Shown one piece after another: positions 16,788 through 23,973 of a DNA stretch of 32,000 bases. The notes under the pieces were generated by a model that saw nothing but the letters and a program-made list of their open reading frames with translations, was not told the DNA's origin and did no database searches. The stretch comes from Candidatus Nanobsidianus stetteri (GTDB lineage Archaea; Nanobdellota; Nanobdellia; Nanobdellales; Nanobdellaceae). Made by a program: the position numbers and the translations under genes. The stretch spans positions 1-32,000 of the forward strand of contig APJZ01000001.1 of NCBI GenBank assembly GCA_000387965.1. Reading direction: 5' to 3'. The stretch's first letter is position 1. Each line of letters starts with the position of its first letter.

Positions 16788-18788
16788 ATGGATAATACTA
16801 AAGAAGTTGAAATTTTAGATGTAGGATTTTTGGGACAAATTTTTGATGCTTCAAAAGAAGAAATTGAAAAATTTATTAGGGAAGAAGAAAAATCTATTAT
16901 ACTAGATTATGAAAAAATAAAATCATATTTAAATAATAAACAGTTAGATCTTTTATTAAATAAGACAGAAAAATTTTTAGAACAAATGAGTATATATTTT
17001 TCTGAAAGATTAGATAGAAAAGTAAAGATAAGAATAAAGAATCTTCCAGAAAGTTTAAGATATTTAAGGATAAGAGATATTAGATCTGAACATAAGGATA
17101 AATTAATACAGGCTGAAGGTATAATAAAAGTTTCTTCAGAAGTAAGACCATTTATTATAAAAACAAAATATTTACATGAAGATTGTGGAGGGGAATTTTG
17201 GGTTGAAAATAAAAATTTTGTAATAGAAAAACCAAAAAAATGTCCTGTATGTGGTGGTACAAAAGGGAAATTTATTGAGATAGATCATGAAACAATAGAT
17301 GTACAAAGATTATTAATTGAGGAACCTGCAGATCAAATTGAAAAAGGTGAACAACCTGCCCAAATTACTGTAATATTAAAGGAAGATCTATGTGAGCCTA
17401 GAATGGAAAGGAAAACATTGCCAGGAATAAGGGTTAAAATATATGGAATTGTAAAAGAATTAAAAAATTCAAATCTTAAAGCAATATTGGATTTATATAT
17501 AGATGCAATTTATATTGAACCTGTAGATAAAGATGTTGAAGATATATCAATATCCCCAGAAGATGAGAGAAAAATAATAGAATTGGCAAAGTCTACAGAT
17601 GTATTAAGTTTAATTGCAAATTCTGTTGCTCCAGGATTGTATGGAAAACATTATGAAATAATTAAAAAGGCAATTGCATTACAATTGGTATCTGGTGGGA
17701 AAAGAAGGAGAAGTGTTGATGAAAGAAAAAATATACATATATTAATTTTGGGAGATCCTGGTATTGGAAAATCAAAATTATTAAGATATGTATCAGAAAT
17801 TGCTCCAAAATCAAAATATGTAGTTGGAATAACATCATCATCTGTAGGTTTAACCGCTTCTGTTAGAAGAGATGAAATATTTAAAGGTGGTTGGGTATTG
17901 GAGGCTGGAGCATTGGTATTAGCATCAGGAGGGCTTGTATGTATTGATGAACTTGATAAATTATCTGCAGAAGAATTACAATCTCTACACGAAGCAATGG
18001 AACAACAAACAATAACAATTGATAAAGCAAATATTCATGCAACACTTAGAACAGAAACATCAATTTTGGCAGCTGCAAATCCTAAATTTGGTAGATGGGA
18101 TAAGATGAAAAGTGTAGTTGATCAAATAGATTTACCCCCAACAATAATTAATAGATTTGATCTGATATTTGTTCTTATAGATGAACCAAATCCACAACAA
18201 GATGAAGCAATTGTTAATGAACTATTAAAAGGTTTAAAAGAGGAAAGGAAACCACCATTGGATAAAGATTTATTAAGAAAATATATAATATATGCAAAGA
18301 AAATTGAGCCTCAATGGACAAATACAGCTTTAGATATTGTAAAGGATTTCTATATAAAGTTAAGATCTAGTTCTGGTGAAGATACAATACCAATAACTAC
18401 AAGACAACTTATGTCAATAATAAGAATAGCTGAAGCTTCTGCAAAGATAAGGTTATCTCCAGTAGTTACTGAGGATGATGTAAATCTTGCAAAGGAATTA
18501 TTATTATATAGTTTGAAGGAAGTTGGAATAAATCCAGAAACTAATAGATTGGATATAGATATAATAATGTCTGGAATTTCTTCTACACAAAGACAAAAAC
18601 TATCAAAAGTATTAGATATAATAAAGGATTTACAGAAAGATTTCCCTGATGGTGTTCCATTAAATGAAATATTGAATGAATCTAGGAAATATAATTTAGA
18701 AGAAGAAAAAGTAAAAGAAACAATTGAGAAATTATTGAAGGAAGGATATATATATGAATCTGGAGATAAGAAATATAAAGCTGTATAA
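16788..18788 (+). CDS. mcm: MCM replicative helicase
   Basis: Contains an N-terminal zinc motif (HEDCGG...CPVCGG), Walker A ILILGDPGIGKSKLL, Walker B CIDELDK, the arginine-finger region INRFDLIFVL, and a C-terminal winged helix. No intein-sized insertion is visible. Confidence 0.95.
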   Translation: MDNTKEVEILDVGFLGQIFDASKEEIEKFIREEEKSIILDYEKIKSYLNNKQLDLLLNKTEKFLEQMSIYFSERLDRKVKIRIKNLPESLRYLRIRDIRSEHKDKLIQAEGIIKVSSEVRPFIIKTKYLHEDCGGEFWVENKNFVIEKPKKCPVCGGTKGKFIEIDHETIDVQRLLIEEPADQIEKGEQPAQITVILKEDLCEPRMERKTLPGIRVKIYGIVKELKNSNLKAILDLYIDAIYIEPVDKDVEDISISPEDERKIIELAKSTDVLSLIANSVAPGLYGKHYEIIKKAIALQLVSGGKRRRSVDERKNIHILILGDPGIGKSKLLRYVSEIAPKSKYVVGITSSSVGLTASVRRDEIFKGGWVLEAGALVLASGGLVCIDELDKLSAEELQSLHEAMEQQTITIDKANIHATLRTETSILAAANPKFGRWDKMKSVVDQIDLPPTIINRFDLIFVLIDEPNPQQDEAIVNELLKGLKEERKPPLDKDLLRKYIIYAKKIEPQWTNTALDIVKDFYIKLRSSSGEDTIPITTRQLMSIIRIAEASAKIRLSPVVTEDDVNLAKELLLYSLKEVGINPETNRLDIDIIMSGISSTQRQKLSKVLDIIKDLQKDFPDGVPLNEILNESRKYNLEEEKVKETIEKLLKEGYIYESGDKKYKAV

Positions 18789-18790
18789 AT

Positions 18791-19396
18791 ATGTATTTGC
18801 CAGTATTTTCAAAAGATTTAAAGAATTATAAGGATAAGAAAGTTTGTTTAATTGGAAAAGTAATAGATATTCAAGAAGAAAAGAAAGTAATAAGGTTAAA
18901 ATTATTGGATACTTTTGGATTTTTTGATGTTGTTCTATTTGATGTTTATAATATTAAATTATTTGATACTTTATTGATTTTAGGAAGTGTTTCAGAATAT
19001 AATAATAATTTTTCTGTAATTGCAAGATATTTAAGTATATTAAATGGAGATGATGAAATTTTATGGAGAAAATTTTTCATTAAAAAAATAAAAAAGAATA
19101 AAAAGAAAAATAATAAAGAAAATAAAATGGAAGAAAAAGATATTGTTGAAAATAATAATTTGGAAGAAAAAGATATAAAAAAAGAAATATATGAAGAAGA
19201 ATTACCCGAAGAGGTAAAGTTGAGAAAGCAAATTTTAGAATTTATAAGAGATAATGATAAAGGTGATGGTGTATCTTTAAAAGATATAAAAGATTTCTTT
19301 GATATAAGTGAGGAAAAGTTATCAAATATTATAATGGATTTATTATCATCTGGAGAGATTTATGAATCTTCACCAGAAAAATATAAAGTTATATGA
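18791..19396 (+). CDS. OB-fold plus C-terminal winged-helix protein (RPA32/Stn1-like architecture), start 2 nt after the mcm stop
   Basis: The N-terminus has an OB-like pattern (VCLIGKVIDIQEEKKVIRLKLLDTFGFFDVVLFD...LLILGSVSEYNNNFSVIARYLSIL). A K/E-rich linker follows. The C-terminus (ILEFIRDNDKGDGVSLKDIKDFF...LLSSGEIYESSPEKYKVI) is winged-helix-like. The architecture call is by pattern, not by alignment. Confidence 0.5.
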   Translation: MYLPVFSKDLKNYKDKKVCLIGKVIDIQEEKKVIRLKLLDTFGFFDVVLFDVYNIKLFDTLLILGSVSEYNNNFSVIARYLSILNGDDEILWRKFFIKKIKKNKKKNNKENKMEEKDIVENNNLEEKDIKKEIYEEELPEEVKLRKQILEFIRDNDKGDGVSLKDIKDFFDISEEKLSNIIMDLLSSGEIYESSPEKYKVI

Positions 19397-19821
19397 TACC
19401 AACATATGAAGAAATGTTAGATGAAGCATATAAGAAATTGAGTAGTATGAAAGTTCTACAGGGATCTACATTAGGATCAATAAATATACCATTACCAAAA
19501 ATAAATTATGTTGGAAAATGGACATCTATAGAAAATGCAGGAACAATATGTGATGTAATAAATAGAGATATAAATTTATTAGCAGAATTTTTACAAAAAG
19601 AATTTAGTGTTGCATCAAAAATTGAAGATAAAAAAATAATATTACAAAAAAAGATAGAATTTGATAAAATAAAAGCAAAGATAGATAAATTTGTAGATAT
19701 ATTTGTTAGATGTCCAATATGTAAAAAATTGGATACAAGATTAGAAAAGAGGGAAAGGGTATATATTATTAAGTGTTTAGCCTGTGGTGCAGAAAGTCCT
19801 GTAATATATAAGTTGAAATGA
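19393..19821 (+). CDS. eif2b: Translation initiation factor aIF2 subunit beta
   Basis: YEEMLDEAYKKL lies at the N-terminus, followed by the central eIF2beta/eIF5 core. The C-terminal zinc ribbon is CPICKKLDTRLEKRERVYIIKCLACGA. The ATGA overlaps the upstream stop. Confidence 0.85.
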   Translation: MIPTYEEMLDEAYKKLSSMKVLQGSTLGSINIPLPKINYVGKWTSIENAGTICDVINRDINLLAEFLQKEFSVASKIEDKKIILQKKIEFDKIKAKIDKFVDIFVRCPICKKLDTRLEKRERVYIIKCLACGAESPVIYKLK

Positions 19822-20105
19822 TATTAGTAAAAAAGTATAAAGATAATTATGGATATGTATTAGTTTTATGTGATAAAAATTTATATGGAAAAAGATTTGA
19901 GGAGGGAGAATTTGTATTAGAACTAAATGAATTTTTTAAGGGAGAAGAGAGAGAAAGTATTGATGAAAAAGATTTTGATGATATATATTTTATATACGCA
20001 GTCGGAGAAGAATCTATAAATATATTAAAAGAGAAAAAAATAATTGAAGAAAAAGATATTAAAAGAATTGCTGGGGTACCATATACTTTTGTCATTTATT
20101 TATGA
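19818..20105 (+). CDS. DUF424-family protein (conserved archaeal neighbour of aIF2beta)
   Basis: 95 aa with VLVLCDKNLYGKRFEEGEFVLELNEFFKGEE, which matches the remembered DUF424 pattern (CD..LlGk.feeg...l.v...fY.ge). Its position directly after aIF2beta also fits. Confidence 0.5.
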   Translation: MILVKKYKDNYGYVLVLCDKNLYGKRFEEGEFVLELNEFFKGEERESIDEKDFDDIYFIYAVGEESINILKEKKIIEEKDIKRIAGVPYTFVIYL

Positions 20106-20617
20106 AGAGGATTTGTCCATCATGTGGAAAGGAAGTTGAGAAATTATATGATGGATTATGTTATGATTGTTATTTAAAAATAAATAAAAAGGAAGAAAAA
20201 AGGGAAAAGGTATATATATGTAAATATTGTGGAAGAGTAAAATACCATAATAAATGGTATAATAATTTTGATATAGATAATTTTGAATATGAATATACTA
20301 TTTGTCCAAGATGCAAAGGTTTAAATAGAAAAGCAAATTTAATCTTACAAATAAGAGGATATAATAAAAATATTGAAGATGAAATATTAAAAATAGCAAA
20401 GAAAAATAAAGATATAATAAAAAAAGTGGATGAAATAAATGAAAAAGATATTGATATATATTTATATGTTGGAAAAAATAGGGTAAAAGATTATTATAAT
20501 ATATTAAAAAAATATGGAGAAGTAAAATTAAGTAAAAAATTATTTGGTTATGATAAAGAAAAAGGGAATAGAAAATACATTGTAACAATATTACTAAGGA
20601 ATGATGAAGATGCATAG
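20102..20617 (+). CDS. NMD3-like zinc-ribbon protein (short, N-terminal domain only)
   Basis: Three CxxC-type pairs are arranged as in the NMD3 N-terminal domain: CPSCG...CYDCY, CKYCGRVKYHNKWY, CPRCKG. At 171 aa it is shorter than my recollection of typical archaeal NMD3 homologs. Confidence 0.5.
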   Translation: MKRICPSCGKEVEKLYDGLCYDCYLKINKKEEKREKVYICKYCGRVKYHNKWYNNFDIDNFEYEYTICPRCKGLNRKANLILQIRGYNKNIEDEILKIAKKNKDIIKKVDEINEKDIDIYLYVGKNRVKDYYNILKKYGEVKLSKKLFGYDKEKGNRKYIVTILLRNDEDA

Positions 20618-20653
20618 AAAACCTTATAAAAGTTTACATAATAATAAAAGGGT

Positions 20654-20800
20654 ATGGATTGGGAAGACCTAAAAAGAAAGGTAGAAGAATTGAAAATGAT
20701 GGCTCCAAAAGAAAGTGAAGATTGGGATGAGGAATGGGAAGAGGATTGGGATGAAGGAGAAGAAGATTGGGAAGAAGATTGGGAAGAAGAAGAGTGGTAA
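20654..20800 (+). CDS. 48-aa acidic Trp-repeat miniprotein (not in the ORF track)
   Basis: Hand translation gives MDWEDLKRKVEELKMMAPKESEDWDEEWEEDWDEGEEDWEEDWEEEEW*. It is on the same strand as every gene from 16788 to 21138 and fills the only gap in that block. The competing antisense 66-aa ORF is low-complexity (FFPIFFPIFF) and overlaps the aIF1A start. Confidence 0.4.
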   Translation: MDWEDLKRKVEELKMMAPKESEDWDEEWEEDWDEGEEDWEEDWEEEEW

Positions 20801-20832
20801 TTTATTAATGTTTAATTTATAATATTTTTTAA

Positions 20833-21138
20833 ATGCCTCTTTTCGAAGAAGAAGGAATTCCCGTTCCAAAGGGTAGACAGGTTATAGGAATAATTGAAGA
20901 GGTTGTTGGCTGGGCACATGCGAGGGTAAGATGCTTTGATGGAAAGACAAGAATATGTAGAGTACCACAAAATAAGAAAATGCATAGGAATATATGGTTA
21001 AAGAAAGGTACATATGTATTAGTTGAACCATGGGAATTGCAATCTGATAAAAAGGGAGATATATTATATTCATATACAGATTCAGAAGTTGAATGGTTAA
21101 AGAAGAAAGGATATTTAAAAATTGAAGAAGAGTTTTAG
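20833..21138 (+). CDS. eif1a: Translation initiation factor aIF1A
   Basis: S1/OB signature GRQVIGIIEEVVGWAHARVRCFDGKTRICRVPQNKKMHRNIWLKKGTYVLVEPWELQSDKKGDILYSY. Confidence 0.9.
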   Translation: MPLFEEEGIPVPKGRQVIGIIEEVVGWAHARVRCFDGKTRICRVPQNKKMHRNIWLKKGTYVLVEPWELQSDKKGDILYSYTDSEVEWLKKKGYLKIEEEF

Positions 21139-21208
21139 GGCCCGTAGTCTAGTGGCAGGACGGTGGGCTCCAGACCCATTGACGGGGGTTCGAATCCCCC
21201 CGGGCCCA
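21138..21208 (+). tRNA. tRNA-Trp (anticodon CCA), no intron
   Basis: Hand-folded: acceptor GGGCCCG/CGGGCCC, D arm GUCU-AGUGGCA-GGAC, anticodon stem GUGGG/CCCAU, loop CUCCAGA (CCA at 21170-21172), 4-nt variable loop, T arm GGGGG-UUCGAAU-CCCCC, discriminator A. The first G is the last base of the aIF1A TAG stop. 49/71 bases are G+C. Confidence 0.9.
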
Positions 21209-21222
21209 AGACCGAAACAAAA

Positions 21223-21411
21223 TTATAAATTTGATAAATTTGATATATTGCTAAATGTTTGATTTAAAGCATTATTTGATGTATTTGATAAATTTTGTTG
21301 GGATGACATTATTCTTAAAGTTTGAGGTGCTACAAAGATTATAACTAGTACTAAAACGATAAGTCCAATTATTAAAAGGATTATAAAATTTATAGCATCG
21401 GATTTTTTCAT
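21223..21411 (-). CDS. Small membrane-anchored, sequon-rich protein (mini pilin-like paralog 1)
   Basis: MKKSDAINFIILLIIGLIVLVLVIIF... has a short basic N-terminus and a single ~22-aa hydrophobic segment. The ~30-aa polar tail carries 5 N-x-S/T sequons (NLS, NTS, NQT, NIS, NLS). It lacks the canonical G/A at the prepilin cleavage position. Confidence 0.5.
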   Translation of the reverse strand: MKKSDAINFIILLIIGLIVLVLVIIFVAPQTLRIMSSQQNLSNTSNNALNQTFSNISNLSNL

Positions 21412-21482
21412 CTTATAGATTATGTAGGAAAAATCTTTGTATTTGTATAATGTTGTGTTGTTGTACTAGCTGTAAATGTGCT

Positions 21483-21701
21483 TTATGAACTAGATCCTCC
21501 ATTTGCCTGATTTGATATATTGCTAATTAATTGGCCTGTTTGATTTGTCTGATTTATTGCAGGATTTATTACATTGTTTGTTCCTACTACTCCTTTAGAA
21601 AATGTGCCTGAAAAGAATAATATTACAAGGACTAAAACAACAAGTGCTATTATTAATATAATTATTGTATTAATTGGTAATGATTGGCCCTTTTTTACCA
21701 T
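21483..21701 (-). CDS. Small protein with archaeal class III (type IV prepilin-like) signal peptide (mini pilin-like paralog 2)
   Basis: MVKKGQSLPINTIIILIIALVVLVLVILFF contains KKGQS followed by a hydrophobic helix, which is the class III signal / FlaFind-type pattern [KR]G[Q..][S..]. The tail has NQT, NQT and NIS sequons. It shares the 16-nt string tttgatatattgctaa (encoding SNISN) with paralog 1. Confidence 0.65.
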   Translation of the reverse strand: MVKKGQSLPINTIIILIIALVVLVLVILFFSGTFSKGVVGTNNVINPAINQTNQTGQLISNISNQANGGSSS

Positions 21702-21753
21702 AAATTTTTATGCAATTTCCATATTTTTAAACTTTTTATAAAAAATCAATCTT

Positions 21754-23634
21754 ATGTGGATAATAAGAGAAAAATTAAAAGATTATGATATTGAATTTTC
21801 TGAACCCCCAAAAAATTTAGATTATGATATATCAATTAAATTATTCAAAGAAATGAAAAAGGGAAAAGATCCAAATATATTAGTAAATGAAATAATTGAA
21901 AAAATAAGAGAATTTGTTTTGGATTATAAATTTATGAATGGATATTTAAATATTAAATTAAATAAAGGAAAATTATTAGAAAATTATAAAAAATTGTTTG
22001 ATTTTGAAAAGAAGAATATTAGAATATTTTTAGAACACACATCTGCAAATCCAAATAAAGCATTACACATAGGTCATTTAAGAAATTCAATAATTGGAGA
22101 TTCTTTGTATAGATTATTTAAAACATTAAATTATGATGTATATGTAATAAATTATATAGATGATACTGGGGTACAGGTTGGTGATAATATTGTTGGAATA
22201 TATTATTTAAAGATACCTGAAGAACCAAAGGATTTCAATTTAGAAAAAGTAATAAATAATATTAAAGAATTTTTAATAAAAGAAAATTTGTATAAGGAAG
22301 AATATGAGGAAAAAATTAGGAAAATATTTTTGGAAAGAATGAATATATTGAAAAATTTATATGGATATGAAGTACCTGAAAAAATCGATCATTATTATGG
22401 GGATTTTATATATGTAATAGTTAATAAGTTGTATGAAATAATTCCAGAATTAGAAAGATATAAATATAATATTATAAAGATGATTGAGGAGGGAAATAAT
22501 GAAGTATATTATTTATCTAAAATAATATCTGAAAGAATCTTATTTGAACAATTAAATACATTATGGAGATTTAACATATATTTTAATATAATAATTAGAG
22601 AATCTGATATATTGAAATATAAATTATTTGATAGTGCATTAAAAATATTGGAAGAAAATAAAATGATAAAAAAGGATGATACAATTTCTTTAGATTTAAC
22701 AAGGTGGGAGGATATATATAAAGCATATTCAAATAAAGAAAAAGTTCTTGTAAGATCAAATGGAACTACTACATATATTGCAAAAGATATTGCATATGCA
22801 ATGTGGAAACATGGTATAATTAAATCAAATATTAAATTTAAAGAATATATAAAACAACCAAATGGGGAATATATATATGAAATAAATGATGAGGGAAAAG
22901 AAATTGAACCATGTAAAATTTCAATAAATGTAATTGGGATGGAACAAATGCATAATCAACTAATGGTAAAAAGAGTAATTGAGGAAATTGATAGAAATTC
23001 TAAATATATATATTATGGATATGGATTGATTAGATTACATAGAAATACTGCAAAAATATTTGGAATAAATGAGGATATAAAAATGTCTGGAAGAAGAGGA
23101 TTCTATATAAATGTTGATGATTTATATGAGAAATTATATAATATTGCATATGATAAATTTAAAGATAAAGAAAAATCTGAAAAAATAGTAAAGAGTTTTA
23201 TATCATTAGAAATGTTAAAATATGATAGAAATACAACAATATTGTTTGATATTGATAAAATGTTAAATTTGGAAGAGGGAAATGCAATATACTTTCTATA
23301 TACATATGCAAGGATAAAATCATTATTAAATAAAGTTGATAAAATACCTGAAGAATTTGAAATAAATGAATTAAATAAATATGAAGAAAAATTAATTATT
23401 AATTTATTTAAGTTTAAAGATATAATTTATGATATTGAAAAATCATTAGAATTAAATCATTTATATAGATATTTAATAGATCTGGTTAGATCATTTAATG
23501 AATTTTATCAAAATGTTCCAATATTAAATTATAAAGATAAATATCCTCATAGATTATTCCTAGTATATTTAACAAAAGAAATATTGGATAAAATATTTTA
23601 TATATTAAAAATTGAACCTGTAGAAAGTATTTAA
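21754..23634 (+). CDS. argS: Arginyl-tRNA synthetase
   Basis: The class I motif context EHTSANPNKALHIGHLRNSIIGDS is present. The C-terminal DALR-type anticodon-binding region is (...LYRYLIDLVRSFNEFYQNVPIL). Confidence 0.9.
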   Translation: MWIIREKLKDYDIEFSEPPKNLDYDISIKLFKEMKKGKDPNILVNEIIEKIREFVLDYKFMNGYLNIKLNKGKLLENYKKLFDFEKKNIRIFLEHTSANPNKALHIGHLRNSIIGDSLYRLFKTLNYDVYVINYIDDTGVQVGDNIVGIYYLKIPEEPKDFNLEKVINNIKEFLIKENLYKEEYEEKIRKIFLERMNILKNLYGYEVPEKIDHYYGDFIYVIVNKLYEIIPELERYKYNIIKMIEEGNNEVYYLSKIISERILFEQLNTLWRFNIYFNIIIRESDILKYKLFDSALKILEENKMIKKDDTISLDLTRWEDIYKAYSNKEKVLVRSNGTTTYIAKDIAYAMWKHGIIKSNIKFKEYIKQPNGEYIYEINDEGKEIEPCKISINVIGMEQMHNQLMVKRVIEEIDRNSKYIYYGYGLIRLHRNTAKIFGINEDIKMSGRRGFYINVDDLYEKLYNIAYDKFKDKEKSEKIVKSFISLEMLKYDRNTTILFDIDKMLNLEEGNAIYFLYTYARIKSLLNKVDKIPEEFEINELNKYEEKLIINLFKFKDIIYDIEKSLELNHLYRYLIDLVRSFNEFYQNVPILNYKDKYPHRLFLVYLTKEILDKIFYILKIEPVESI

Positions 23635-23658
23635 AAATATAATATATATTATGAATTT

Positions 23659-23973
23659 ATGTCGATGATAAGGATTAAAATGTGGGGAACAGATTTAAAA
23701 ACAATGAATCAGTTTACTAATCAATTGTTAAAGATAATTGAACAATTGGGTATTGAAAAGAGGGGTCCTGTTAATTTACCAACAAAAATAATTAGAGTAC
23801 CAACTATGAGAACATTGGGAAAGAGAGGTACAAAAATATATGAAACATATCAAATAAGAATATATAGAAGATTTTTAGATGTTGCAAATGATGAAAGATT
23901 TTTCAAAAATTATTTTATAAATATGCAAATTCCATCAAAAGGATTTAGAATATCTTTAAAGATAATAAAATGA
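23659..23973 (+). CDS. rps10: 30S ribosomal protein S10 (uS10)
   Basis: IRIKMWGTDLKTMNQFTNQLLKIIEQLGIEKRGPVNLPTK...YETYQIRIYRRFLDV follows the S10 family pattern. Confidence 0.85.
   Translation: MSMIRIKMWGTDLKTMNQFTNQLLKIIEQLGIEKRGPVNLPTKIIRVPTMRTLGKRGTKIYETYQIRIYRRFLDVANDERFFKNYFINMQIPSKGFRISLKIIK

Noticed and set aside
16788-18788. Intein or split-gene check for MCM, and likewise for IleRS, ArgRS and aCPSF1.
   Set aside because: All catalytic motifs are contiguous, at normal spacing, in a single ORF. There are no intein block motifs and no truncation, so these genes appear intact and unsplit.
20669-20869. 66-aa minus-strand ORF (…FFPIFFPIFFSFIPILFPF…).
   Set aside because: It is the antisense image of the acidic EDW repeat. 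It overlaps the aIF1A start and opposes the orientation of the whole block. The plus-strand 48-aa ORF is the more plausible reading, though it is unproven.
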